From NCBI RefSeq assembly GCF_009914755.1, contig NC_060927.1: a stretch of DNA of 64,000 nt; one strand, 5' to 3'. How positions within the stretch are numbered: position 1 is the stretch's first letter; the number at the start of each line of letters is the position of its first letter. The position numbers and the translations under genes were made by a program. Below are positions 13,243 to 26,747 of this stretch, one piece after another. Below the pieces are notes generated by a model, which saw only the letters and a list, made by a program, of their open reading frames with translations, searched no databases and was not told the DNA's origin. Source of the DNA: the human T2T-CHM13v2.0 reference genome, Homo sapiens.

Positions 13243-15530
13243 CAAACCCTGTAGAAAATTCAAGGAAAAATACATGGAAACACAATAGTGGTTGTTTAAC
13301 CTACCTTACATTCCTTCAAAGATTAAGTAGATATAAAATAAGAAAGAATACCAGAATAACATCACTAATGTTAATCTAGGATCAGATACCCATATCTGAA
13401 AAACAGAATACTGCAAAAATAGAATAATTATAGCATGTGACCAAAGGCAATAAAGAAACTTTCCAAGAGTAGAAATAGGTAGAAATGTGACAAAACAATC
13501 TCCCTAAAATATACTTAACTTAGAAACTAAATAGAAAAAAAAGAAAGAAAATCAGACACATAAAAAAAGAAAAACTGCAATTACCTGGAAGCCAAGAAAA
13601 TTATCTCCTAAACAACTCTTTGTCAAAGAGTAAATAGAAGCCTTATTGCTAGATATGTAAAGAATAATTATGATCTAAATAACAAATGTTAAAACCTATG
13701 TGAGACCCTCAATGCTGTACTTACTAAAGGAAATATCTTAAATGTCATAGTTTTATACATTTTTATGACTTAAAAATAAATGAGTTAAGCATTTGTAGAA
13801 AAAGAACCACAGATAAAAGAAAGCTGAAAGAGAAATTAATAAAAGTCAGAAAGCTTATAGGACTAGAAAACATTTTAACAGGTCTCATGTGTAAAGATAT
13901 CCCAAAGCTGATTCTTTGGAAAAACCAAGAACAAAACAACAAATAGATGAACTAGCAGTTAACCTAGTGGAGAAAAAAAGGGAGAAATAACAAATTCACA
14001 AAATTAGGAAAAAGAAAGGGAATTATTTATGTATACTGAGGATTAGAATAATTATAAGAGATGACTTTCAGTAACTGTGAAAATACATTCAAAATCTTGA
14101 TGAATTGTTTGATTTTCTTAAAAAACATAAAGTAGGAGAAAAGACAAATTTGCATAGACTGAAAATCATGGGAAAAACTTAAACACTGTCAAGGAACCCC
14201 CCTCCTCTCCCTTCCCTGAAAATGCCAAATCCAGATGGTTTTGTGTGTGATTATTTCATAGATAAAAAAAATTATTTAAACTGTTTGAAAGCACAGGGAA
14301 AAAATAAACTTCCTCAATTACTTTTGTAAATCAGCATAATTCTGATACCAAAAATTTGGAAAAGACAGCATAAAAAAGAAATTTGCCCAGATGACTTATT
14401 TTAATTGAGACAAAAAATCTTAAATAAAATATCAGCAAATGACTCTTGGAAAAATTAGAAGAACAATACACCAGAAAAAATGGAATATTTCTAGGAAAGC
14501 AAGGATAAGTCAACATTAGGAATGCTGAAACTGCTAATCAGAGTAATAAGTCCACTGAATAAAAAAGTATTTGATCTCCTTGAAAGACGCTAAAATGGTA
14601 TGTGATAATAGTCACTGCTTGTTCTTGATGACTTAAAAACCCACAGGGAAGTAAGACTATATGAATGTTATCCTGTAAGAATATTAAATATACGAAACAC
14701 TTTGAACAAAAAGTAACAGGGAGAATTAAGCCCATCAGATATGAAAGCATAGTATAATGCCTTAGTAATTAAAACAGTGCAGTATTGGTGCATGAAAAGT
14801 TAGCAGATCAATGGAGCAGGACAGAAGTTCAGAAACAGACCTCAATATATATGGAAATTTACAATATAATAAAAACTGGCTTATTTAACTCCTAAAGATG
14901 AGATAAACAGTAAACATCTAGAAAAAAAATCACAGTTGAATCTATAACTCATACCTTATGCCTGGTTAAATACCAAGTATATGAAAAAATTAAAATGTAA
15001 CAAATAAAAGCCCTAGAAGAAACCACAAGAAAATCTTTCCACAGCTTTAAAATGGTGAAGACTTACTAACTATGGCACAAATCTAGAAACCACCCACAAT
15101 CTCACTTCTTAAACACCTGTAACAACCATATCTCGAATGCCTATAAAAGGAGATATGTAAAACGCAAATGTCCATCAACAGGAACTAGTTAAATAAACCA
15201 TCTGGGAATAAATCACCAACTGGAATGCTGTATAAATGTAAAAAAAGAATAAGAGAACATTTATAGAATAATATGAAATAATCTTTAAGAAATATGGTTA
15301 AGTGAGAAAAGCAAAGTGCATAGCAGTGTACACGGTATGTGACATCCATATATACAAAGAGAAAGAAGAATATAAAAGGGTATCCAAAGAGTATCTGTGG
15401 ATAGACACAAAGAAACTAACAACACTGCCTATGAGGAGGGGACCTGGATGGTTAAGGGATGAGGTTTATTGCAGACCTTTCCATACATTTTAGATTCTGG
15501 ATCATGTATAGGATTTGGTATCTATTCAAA
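13243..15530 (+). mobile_element. Highly degraded old L1 (L1M) ORF2 and 3' region
   Basis: Strong A-rich sense bias; ORF2-like motifs CCAGATGGTTT, CTGATACCAAAA, AAAACAGTGCAGTATTGG, ATGTCCATCAACAGG. Confidence 0.7.
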
Positions 15531-15541
15531 AAGAATAAATG

Positions 15542-15567
15542 AATACAATACAATACAATACAATACA
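15542..15567. repeat. (AATAC)n microsatellite
   Basis: About 5 copies. Confidence 0.85.
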
Positions 15568-15798
15568 GTGAATACAAATAAAGGTGGGGGAAAGAAAGAA
15601 AGGTAGAAAAATTTGAGGTAACACTCAGAGATAATGTACGTTTTACAAAATTGCTGTGGAGATGAAATGCAATAACATAATAGAGGCATAAAATAAATAA
15701 TATAAAAAGGAAAATGAAAAGTATATATGGTATAGATTGTTGTATATCTATAGAAAGGTAACCATTTAGTCTTCTTTTCTACAAAGTGCAACTCTAGA

Positions 15799-16325
15799 GC
15801 AAAGGTTGCAAACTTTACTGCTTACAGGGGCTAGACATTAATTCATTCAACAGATAGGCATCAAGTGCCAGCCATACCCCAGACAATGGAGATACAGCAT
15901 TGAACAAACACAGGAAAAAAAATCTCTGCCCTCACTGAGCTTTTGGTCTAGAGGGAGATGACACAGGCAATTAAACAAATAAATGTCACATGGAATAAGA
16001 AGCAGCAAAGTGCACTGGGAGTACAGTATTTAAATAGTGAGGTCAGGACAGACAATGATAGCAGTTGAGAGCTGCTGGCCTAACTGTCTCTTTCATACAG
16101 GAGGCAGCAGATACTCTGCTCCAGGACGGAATTGTCACATGGGGCTGTGGAAAGAGTTTTGCCAGATCTTCAGATTTTCCAAGGAGATAAGAAATTCAGA
16201 TTTGTACTGGAAATCTCCTGGTTTTTCAATCCTGACTCAATTTTTAAAGAAAACCACTACGTTGGCCAAATAAAACACATCTTGCTAGCCAAGGCTGGCC
16301 AGGTAGATGATCAGTTCAGATCTCT
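15799..16325 (+). mobile_element. MER102-like hAT element interrupted by an antisense L2 tail (~15838-16050)
   Basis: AGGTTGCAAACT...TACAGGGGC start; GCCAGATCTTCAGATTTT...AAATCTCCTG...GCCAAATAAAACACATC; nested ATTCATTCAACA L2 end. Confidence 0.6.
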
Positions 16326-16594
16326 AAAGAAATGAGATTGGGTTTGAAAACAAACACAGCAGAACTTGTAAGCCCTGTCATCTTATGAAGCTATGCATGT
16401 TTTCCATGTCTTCAAACGTTTCTGGAACTCCTCACCGAGAGAGAACCAGTTGTCCCTCAGAACCATTTTTTTTTTTTCTTACCACACAAGGAAAGCTGTT
16501 ATCATTTTGAACTGAAATCTTGTTTGGACCCTGAGTCTATTCACTAGATTTGATTATTCATAACATTTGGGTTTTTCTAAAAATCAGATTTACC

Positions 16595-16710
16595 GGCCGG
16601 GCGTGGTGGCTCACGCCTGTAATCCCAGCACTTTGGGAGGCCGAGACAGGTGGATCACGAGGTCAGGAGATCGAGTCCATCCTGGCTAACACAGTGAAAC
16701 CCTGTCTCTA

Positions 16711-16743
<33 letters not shown>

Positions 16744-16904
16744 AGCTGGGCATGGTGGCGGATGTCTGTAGTCCCAGCTACTCAGGAGGGTGAGGCAGGA
16801 GAATGGTGTGAACCCGGGAGGCAAAGCTTGCAGTGAGCCCAGATTGTGGCACTCCAGTCTGGGCAACAGAGGGAGACTCCATCTTAAAAAAAAAAAAAGA
16901 AAAG
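16595..16904 (+). mobile_element. AluY with middle linker converted to A29
   Basis: GATCACGAGGTCAGGAGATCGAG, CTGGCTAACAC, AGAATGGTGTGAACCC; TSD AAAATCAGATTTACC / AAAACCAAATTTACC. Confidence 0.95.
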
Positions 16905-17744
16905 AAAACCAAATTTACCTTCCAAAGGCTCAGGATGTGTTTAATAATACATATACTATTGGCCTTAAAGGTAGTCCCAAAAGAGTGGCTGCAAATATTT
17001 AGAGTAAGAACAGTGTCACTAAAATAAATATGCATCTTCCAAGGTAATCATTGAAGAAGATTGCACTTAAATGTGTAGGAGTCAACACAAGTGTCCCAGC
17101 CTTACAGGCATTTAATAAAACACTCAATACTTTGGATTCTGTTGATTGCTATCAGGGTTTTTCCTCTTCTTCTTCTGCTTCTAAAGGGCTCAGTTCTTTG
17201 GACCTGATTGAGTGCTATAAGGCAGTTCATTCTAGGGATCCTTGGAATGCATATACCCAAACAAAGGCCTTGTGCCAAACATAACCAGCACGTACACCAT
17301 TTTTATTTTCCTATGACCAATGACTTAGTTTCTGTGGTCAGTTAGTGACATTAGCCATGTAGAATCACATTGAGGAAGAATGCAAAGCTTTCTATGAGCC
17401 CCTGACAGCTTCAGTTTTCCTCTCTAATAACATGTATGAATCAGAAGCCACTAGTTTGCATTTCAGAAATATTTGTGGTAGTTAGGAAACATACTGCACT
17501 TATTGTATTCCCATAGAAATAGAGTGTCCTTGGGAAGAATGGAAAAATGGCACTGAGACATCCACCAAGATATAGGCTTTATCAATTCCATTGTTGTCTG
17601 ATGCTTATGCCTCCTTTGCTCTTGGTTACTGGAAAGTCTGTAAACATTCATCCCATCGGTCCAGTATTTTTGTTAAAGCACAGATCTTAGATCAAATATG
17701 CCATAACTGTTTGTCTATCCATGTATCTACTCTTCCCTCCCTCT

Positions 17745-19440
17745 ATGCATCCTTTTGTGAAATATTCTTTGAGTGCCTTTTACTGATTAACCCCTGTGCT
17801 AAGTGCTAGGCATGCAGTGTAAAACAAAAATAACATGTATATCACATATATAATACAATATATACATATACAATACAACACATATACAATAATAATATCT
17901 GCCTTTAGGGAGCTTGCTGTCTTTTGGAGAGAATATATATTAATGAAGTTAATTATGCAAGCCAATGTAAAATTAAAGCTATGTGTCATTTTCCTTTATG
18001 GCCAAAATGTGGGCTCTCACTTAGATAAGGCTTTCTAGACAAAGTGATGAGTGGGATGAGACTCCCAGAAGTGCCAACTAGAATGAAGTCAAAGGATGAG
18101 TAGGAGTTGCCCAGGTGGAAGGAGAGGGAAGGGCAATCCCATGTGTGGGTTTCATGGAGAAGGGAGGGACCCGTACTTATGTACAGGGTGATAGATGGCT
18201 GGTGTAGGCAGAAGGGTGAGGACAGGGAGCTGGAGAGAGATGAGTCTGGAGAGACAGACAGGAGACTGGCCGGGCAGGGCCTTTTAGGCCATAGACAAGA
18301 TTTTATATTTATCCTAAGTCAGAAAAGGTTGAAGGGTCTTAAGTGAAGGAAGTAGCAATGATTAGATTTACATTTCAAAAACCACTGTATCCACTGTGTT
18401 GAGGGGGTGAGGGGAAGCCTTCATTGTCATATAGATAAATGGTAACTGAAGGTGTCAACATGGATGCTATTGCTTTAGAACTGCAGCTAGAGCAAGAAGA
18501 GGAGCACCCACTATTTAAAGAACTCTAATATTGAAAAGTCAGGAAGAAACAGCGAGCTAGTGAGAGAGTCTGAGGATCAAGTGAGCTGGCAAGAGTCTGT
18601 GAGGTACAAAGAAATCCCAGAGAGTTTTGTGTCATGGAACTAAGGGAAGAGACAAGAAGGACAGAGTAATCAGTGGTACTGAATACTGCTGAGAGGTCAA
18701 GGGAGATGAGGTCTAGAAAATGGTCACTGGATTTAGCAATATGAGGGTCATCAGAGGCCTTAATGAGTATTACTTGGTTAGTGGAAGGGGCCTGAAGCCA
18801 GACAGATGGAGTTGAAGAGTAAATGGGAGATAAGGACACAGAAATGGTGCACATTTATTCTCCTCTTCCCAGCCAAAGACTGGGAAGCCAAACTTTCAGA
18901 AGTTTGGCTGGAAAGAGGAGAATAAATAATTGTGAGTTCGTTGCAGGGAATAAATGGTGATATGCTTTAAAAAAATTTAATGGAAGATGTGGACATGTTT
19001 AGAAGGAAGATATATTAATAATAATAATGATAGTAATTTGTTTTTGAGAGAGGGAAAAAGATAACTCATACTGAAAGATCCTGGGAGGGAGTCCCATCTG
19101 GAAGGAGAGAGATACGTGTCTCAAGTATGTACAAGAAGGGTGGACACCTCTACTGTACTTGGGAGGAAGGGAGGATGGACACAGATGTAGGTAGGCTCAT
19201 GTGTCTGGTGTCAGGACAATTAGAGTTACAGAGAGATAGGTTTCATTTTCTCTGAAGGAGAAGGTGAGGTTATTTGATGAGAGCAAGGGAGGACAAAGAG
19301 ATGTTAGAGGGTTATGGAAGATGAAGTCTGAAACAGCATTACAGAAAGTGGAAGAGTATGTTGAACAGAGATATTTAGTAGGATTCAGGGAAATGTTGAT
19401 GGCCCATTTGAAGGTGGCCATCTGAATTCATAGTAGCACA
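17745..19440 (-). mobile_element. L2 fragments
   Basis: Purine-rich antisense L2 motifs, e.g. GCTGAGAGGTCAAGGGAGATGAGG and ACTGGATTTAGCAATATGAGGGTCAT. Confidence 0.7.
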
Positions 19441-19499
19441 AATTAGCTCTGTTCTGTGACCTTTTTTGTTTTTGCAGGACTGGCAAAAGCCCTTTGCAG

Positions 19500-19652
19500 A
19501 AAGATAGGAGTTCTGGGTTCTCGGTTGTGATAGCTGTAACTTGTCATGTGACCTTAAGCACATCCTTCTCTGGTTCTCAGTTTCTTCAATTTTCCAAATG
19601 GTGAGATCAGTTTAGATGATACCTGAAGTCTTGTTCCAGCTCTAAACATTCA
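19500..19652 (+). mobile_element. MIR (MIR3/MIRc-like)
   Basis: TGTGACCTTAAGCA...CTCAGTTTCTTCA...TTCCAGCTCTAAAC. Confidence 0.65.
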
Positions 19653-20035
19653 CGATGTCCTCAATATTCATGGAGAGGCCCTTTAAGCTTATTAAGGTTT
19701 TTCTATTGATGCCTTTAGTTTTTATTTTAAAATGAAATAAATTTTTTGATATATTTTTTGGTATATCAAAAGGTATTTTTTGATACCTTTTCATTAAATA
19801 ATTCTACTCTGGGAACCAACAAGTCCAGATGTTTATGATATTATCCAAGTAGCAAAACAAAACAAAAGCAAAACTCTGAGAAGAAACTAAATATCTTAAT
19901 TTTAGGTTATAGAATATGAAATAGATCTTTTTAAGATCTATAGGAAAATACATGCTTCATAGTAAAAAAAGAAATTTAGATAATTTATATGGCTATTCTC
20001 TACAGACCTATAATATCTGATGTCCACATCTAAAT

Positions 20036-20215
20036 CAAGTGTTGGCAAATTTTATCTGAACAGAGCTAGATAATAAATATTTTAGGATTTTTGGGCCAAA
20101 TAGTATTTTTTGCAATTACTCAACCATGCCATGCAGTGTGAAAGCAGCCACAGACAATGTTAAGTGAATGAGCACAGCCCAATAAAACTTTATTTACAAA
20201 AACAGGCAGTGGGCA
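20036..20215 (+). mobile_element. MER58A (hAT-Charlie)
   Basis: GTTGGCAAAT...AAAGCAGCCACAGACAAT...CCAATAAAACTTTATTTACAAAAACAGGC. Confidence 0.85.
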
Positions 20216-21234
20216 CTTTCCACAGTTTATTCCACAGTGAATTATATAATGCATTCAACACACAAACAAAACAAGTGAATGCACACTGTTAGACACAAGT
20301 GGGACAGCCTCCTGCAGTCACTGTGAGGCCTTGAGCATTCTAGCAGAGGCTAATATTCCACAGCCATTCATTCAGCTTCAGCTTGGAGAACTCTGCAATT
20401 AGAAGCTCAGTTATGTGGCTTGGCACCTCACACTTGGAGCAACACTTCCAAAATAGTGAGTGCATGAACAATAAATGGACTGCATGGAGAATCAGGGTCT
20501 GTAGTTTTTTGAGATCAAATTGGTGACATAAATCAAAACACTCTCTTTGTATGAATTTATTCACCGCAGGGCTGGAGATGAGTGACTTTGAACAGAGAAG
20601 AGAGGGAGGAGAATAAGGTGAAAGGAAGCATGCCAAGAGGCAGGATTAGGCACAGAGGCTGGGGCCTCGGACTCATTTGGGGGAAGATGGAAAAGTTAAA
20701 AAGGGCACCCAGCAATGCAAGCGACGCCTAAGAACCAACAGGGTGGGAGGCCCTGTCCGTCTGAGGCACAGAGACAGGAAAAGGCCGAAGGGTCTGCTGC
20801 TTGATTCACTCCCCTGGGCAGGCCTGATTTCAAAACCAAAATAAACTTAGGAGAGCCAGAGGGGAGGAAGGAAAGAAACAAACAAACAAGTGGAGCTTCA
20901 GCTTATGTTTTCTCCCAACCCACAGTCCAGTCCTGCGCCAAGCTGCCTGCAACTCCAGTTCTCATGTGGCATTGAACCTTCCCCTGAAGGACTGCTGCTC
21001 TGTACTTAGTACCATACGGGTAATCATCTCACCTATGATAGCTTTGTTCCCCAGCTAGACTAAAAGCATGCAGGTGGGGCCATCTCATCTGCTTTTGTGT
21101 TGAGTACAGATGTATACATTACTGCATACGCTGTAGTGCAGGCTCAGTGTGGATCTGTGCGGGCACATCATTACTTTGAATACCAACAGCTTTTACTCTA
21201 GCATGAGTCCTGTGATCAGTAACTTACAGCTCTA

Positions 21235-21540
21235 CCTGGGCAGCAGGTATGATTATTATTTCCTTTTTCAACAGGAAGTCATTGATACATACAGAGGCCA
21301 AAGAACTAGAACGAGGTTACCAGCAAGTAGCAAAACCAGAATTCAAACCAGGTCACTCTGACTGGAGGCCCCAGCTCTTAACCTCTCAGAAGTACACTGC
21401 CTTTTCTAGAGTGTAGAGTTGGAAGGAACTCCAGAGATCGCTTGATTCAGTCCTTATTTTTAGATGTGGAAATGGAAAATTAAATGGCTTGCCCAAGGTC
21501 ACAGAGCCACTAGCTGAGAAGCTAACTTGGCCTCCTGATG
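21235..21540 (-). mobile_element. MIR fragments
   Basis: AGAATTCAAACCAGGTC; GGCTTGCCCAAGGTCACAGAGC. Confidence 0.6.
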
Positions 21541-22374
21541 CTTCCTTCGTGCCCCCACTGCAGACCCACACCTGCTCCATGAGCATCCAATAACTCTTCC
21601 ATAAAGATTTATCAAAAATTCGAGGATGGAGCATCAGTCTCGACAGAATTTATTTTCAGGTGCTGCAAGGCAAGACTCTACATGGGCTTGGGATTGTTCC
21701 TACACAAAGACAAGCTGGCCAAGTTGAATGATTCAGGAGTTGCTTTAAATCACCAGATACATGAAGCAAGTAGGTGGCGGCATTTTTCTAAACAGGGACA
21801 AGTTACACATTTCAACTACGGCATGGAAAAGAGTGTCCTTCCCTAAGCTTAGAGCAAAAACGTTCATGCAAAAGTGAAACCATGGACACTATTAGTGCTC
21901 AGACACAAAGCTGACAGAAGCAGAAATGAACATGTTCTTAACAGTGTATGTGTATGCTGCTTTGACGAGAGAGGAACACACCGCCTTAAGACTCCTGGGA
22001 GCATACGTTTTGAAGGGTCAGAAAGAATTCAGCTTTGAAAAGTAGAATTAACAGCCACTTTGGTCCAAGTTTTTCACAACAAAGCACTACAAAGTGGGAA
22101 TTAGCTCTGCTTACCTTTTTTTTTTTTTTTTTTTTTTTTTTAAGGAAAAAAGCTTAACTCCTACAAGTTATTTCCCATATCAGAGACTAGAAGTTTGTTT
22201 GTTTGTTTTTAATATATTGGAAAGCCCTCAGCATTTAAAGGAAGTTCTATTTGTTTAAAGATAGGTACAAAGAAATTCAGTTATAGATTTAAGTGATTTG
22301 GTTTATTTCCATTAACAAGTCCTTGTTTTCATCTATACAAATAGATTAATTAAATGTGTGTGTGTGTATGTAAG

Positions 22375-22655
22375 TTTTAAAAAGCAGCTTTATTGAGATA
22401 TGATTCCCATATCATACAATTTACCCACAGAAAGTATACAGTTTAATGGTTCATGGTACATTCACAGAGTTGTGTGGTCATCACCATGGTCAATTTTAGA
22501 ACAGTCTCATCATCTTAAAAAGAAACCCCATACCTTTCAGCTGTCACTCCCTTATCACCTCAACCCTAAGCAACCACTAATCTACTTTCTGTTTCTATAG
22601 ATTTGCCTATTTCATGTAAATGGAATTATATAATATTGTGGTCTTTTGTGTCTGA
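22375..22655 (-). mobile_element. L1MB-like 3' end
   Basis: CAGCTTTATTGAGATAT...GCAACCACTAATCTACTTTCTGT... Confidence 0.8.
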
Positions 22656-23379
22656 CAAGCTCTTATCTATATAATAATTTAGGAAAATACAGTTGTCAGG
22701 AGAGAAAATGAAGAAATGTTTTTTTCTGGGCACTCGGTGAGTCACACTTTATCTCTAGCTGACCAGTTTGTGTCTTACTAGCCAGGCAGCCCTTGCCGTA
22801 TCCAGCACTCTGGACTCATGAGCTGTGTGGCAGCCCCAAGACTGTAGACATGACTCTCACCAGGAGGCAAGTAGGCTGGGGTTGCAGGGTGGATTTTGGA
22901 CTGCAAGAATAAAAGGTAAGGTGGTCTTCAGGAAATGGTACAATTTCCATGCTGGAAAGCAATGTTTGCCTGTAAAGCTCCTGTTTATGAGACAGTAGTC
23001 ATTTTATTCACTTATTCTTTCTCTGGCTTTCTCTTTATCATCATGTCAATTCCAGCTGCTCATCACTGGAGAAAAAGACACAATCATACTGATGGGCTCT
23101 GGGTAGACACATGGCCATGAACTCAGGTGCGCACTAAATGCTCTCAGGCACTCACAGTTCTTCCCCAGGTCACTGACTCTTCCATTCTCCTAGACAACTG
23201 TATCAAACTTCTCCTGTCTCCCCAGATCTCCAACAACTTCCCTCCAGTCTTCACTCTCAGCTATGTCCTGTCTTCCTATTTAACTGAGAACACAGAAGCA
23301 ACTGGAAGATAATTCCCTACAATTCTTAGGACCACATCTACTCTCGGACCAGGATCTATACCTACGTATTCTATTACCA

Positions 23380-23545
23380 CAGATCAGACTTTACATCAAA
23401 ATCACCCAGACGGTTTGTTAAAACAGGTTGCTGGCCCCAACCCCAGAGTTTCTGAATCAGTAGGCCTGGGAAGGGCCTGAAAATTAGCATTTCTAATAAT
23501 TCCCAAGTGATGCCGATGCTGCTGGTCTGGGCCCACACCTGGTCC
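23380..23545 (+). mobile_element. MER5A
   Basis: AATCACCC...CCCCAGAGTTTCTGAATCAGTAGG...GATGCTGCTGGTC. Confidence 0.8.
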
Positions 23546-23718
23546 TATCTAAGCTCAATCTCTCTTCTTGGGAATGCGACCCCAAGCCCTCCCACTTAGA
23601 GACATGTTGCAGAAATTCTCTCCTTTACCTCTTGCCTCATTACTTGGCCCTTCTTTACTTGGCCATCCTGTCAACTAGCAAACATGTTATTTCCTGAATC
23701 TTCAAAAATACATCTCTC

Positions 23719-24151
<433 letters not shown>

Positions 24152-24889
24152 TCAGACTTAGTTCTCTCCCCACTCTTCAAAACTGTCTGAGTTAAGCCAA
24201 CCCATGAGGCTCATATTGCCAAATCCTATGCAATTCTTGGAACTCATTTTATTAGACCTATCAGCAACACTTGATACAGCTAGCTTCTCACTACCTCTTC
24301 AAATCTTCCTCCATTTACCCTCCAGGATGAGACACTTTGCTGATTTTTCTCACTGAACAATCCTTTTCAGACTTTTCTGGTTCTTTTCCATCCAGCCTTT
24401 ACAAGCTACAAGACTTACGCCTTGGATACCTTTTATTCTTCAGTTCTCTATCTGTACTTACTCCCTTGGTGATCTCATTCTGTCTCAATGGCTTTAAATA
24501 TTATTCATAAGGTTACATTTCCCAAATATGTGTCTCTATAGACCCCAGACCTCTCCTTGAACTCTAGACTTGTATATCTAATTGTCTACTTTAATAAACT
24601 TGATATGTCCAAACTAGATTACAGAGCTTCCCCAGGCCTCCCTTAAAAGTCAAACAAACAAACTTGTTCCATCCTCTGTCTTCCTTAATCACTATAAATG
24701 ATGATTCTAAATAATTCAGAATCAAAACATTCTTTCTACCTCCATCATTACTGTTATCATCTCTCACCTGGATTTTTATAATAACCTGGTCTTTCTGCTT
24801 TCATCTTTGTCCCCCAACATTTTATTCTCAACATAGCAGCCAGAGGTAGTCTTTTTAAAACATAAATTATGTCCCATGACTCCACAGGG

Positions 24890-26747
24890 CAAATTATATG
24901 TCAGTTCATTTGATCCCTGGGTGCCAAACCCTGCAATGGTTTTCCTATCACACTTGGGGTAAAAACCAAGTTCCCCACTCCCTCTGATTGTGTCTTCAGC
25001 TGTTGTTCCTCACTCACTCCATTCCAGTCTTGCTGAACTCCTTCTGTTCCTCAAACATATCAAGGGTTGCTCTCACCTCAGGACTTTTGAATGTGAGCTC
25101 TCTGCAAAGCTTCTCTCCCAGATACTGTCAGAGATCTTATACCAACACCTTCTTTAAGTCTTTGCCCAAATGTTACCTTTCAATAAGATTTTGCCTAATC
25201 ACCCATTTAAATTACACCTCTCTTCCTAATCACTTTTCCACTTTCTCTCCAGAGAGCTTTTCACCTTTGAATATACTTCTAATATACTGCCTATTTTCCC
25301 CTACCCCCTACTAGACGGTAAACACCATGAGGAAGGGATTTTTTTATTTTTTTTTCTATTTTGTTAATTACTCTATCTCTAGAAACTACAATGGTGCTGG
25401 GCACACAGCAGATACTCAATACATTTATGTGTAGAATTTGATTCTTGCAAATATTCTTTCATCCAGTTTAGGTGGCTGGCGAAAACTGAACATGTCTTCT
25501 AGAGTATCTGGGCCCAGCATTGAAAGACAATAAATATTAGTGTGACATACAGGGGTAAACCATTCCATTTTTGGCTTTAAACATAATAGAAGGGGACATT
25601 ATTCTTGAGCTTTTTTATGCCTTTCAGTCATTTATGTGCAACATTAAAATATTTTGCTACTTTTGGCATTCTTCCAATCCCACCTTGCCTGCTGGACTGC
25701 TTCCAATTTTCTTCTCTCTCCTTTCCTGTTCTTTTTCACCCAACAGCTGCCATGTACCGAATGTGTATGCCAGACTCTTTATACACATTATCTTATTTAA
25801 TCCTTACAAAACCACTGTGAATTAGGGAGCATTATCTCTGTTTACCAAATGAGGAGACAGTTGCACAGAGAGGTAAAGTGGCTTGCTCAAGATCACATAG
25901 TTAACAAGAAGTTGAAGCAGAATGTGTCAGATCCTAAAGTCCACGCTTTTAAAATTATATTATGATGTCACCAATATGCATAATATATCTTATATGTCCA
26001 GTTTCCTAGTATTTAAATTTTGGCTTTTCACCCTCAATTATTTTTGGAGATTATACTGGAAATGACTTAATGACACACTAGATAGTAAACTTCATGTGGA
26101 TTGGGGTTACAGGCCTTTTTTTTTTTTTGCTGGCATTCCTTCCATACCAGCACCATGGCCTAGACAGAGTGGGCACTCAATAAACATTTATAGAATAGAT
26201 ACTTGCTGACTTAAATATAGACATAGATAATTATACTAGTACATAGCTTATTTTTAGAACATATCTTTCATTCATAAATTAAAGATGACCTCTGGAAGCT
26301 TTAAAGAAGTAACTTTGTTGGAAAGCATGGGTTTTAAAAGTATTAATGGACAGTTGATACTACATGTAATAAGTACACAAGTCCTATGTCATCATCCAAA
26401 GTGATGTCTCAGTTCTTAGAGTTTTGGAGGCACTGAACTGAGGAAAGATGAAAAAATGATGTTTTTGCTCCTGCTTGGCATTGGCAGAACATATTTATGT
26501 CTTACTGACATTAATGTCTATTGGCCAAATTACATGTCAGTTCATTTAATCCCTGGGCACCAAACCCTGCAATGCTTTCCTGTCACACTCAGGGTAAAAA
26601 CCAAGTTCCCCATTCCCCCTGATTGCATCTCTGGCTGTTTTTCCTCACTCACTCCATTCTAGTCTCACAGACCTCCTTCTTTTCCTCAAATATATCACTG
26701 TTTCTTGTGCCTCAGGACCTTTGAACATGAGCTCTCTGCAAAGCTTC
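24890..26747 (+). repeat. Direct repeat pair of ~223 bp (24890-25113 and 26526-26747), L2-derived
   Basis: Colinear manual alignment, roughly 84% identity. Confidence 0.9.
25740..25955 (-). mobile_element. MIR
   Basis: TTTAATCCTTAC...AATGAGGAGAC...GAGGTAAAGTGGCTTGCTCAAGATCACA. Confidence 0.8.

Noticed and set aside
22116-22141. T26 run (also T24 at 62209-62232) as a retrocopy tail
   Set aside because: No adjacent retroposed body or convincing TSD.
22759-22915. Possible exon ending at AAG|GTAAGG
   Set aside because: The donor is good but the acceptor tract is short and weak, and there is no other support.
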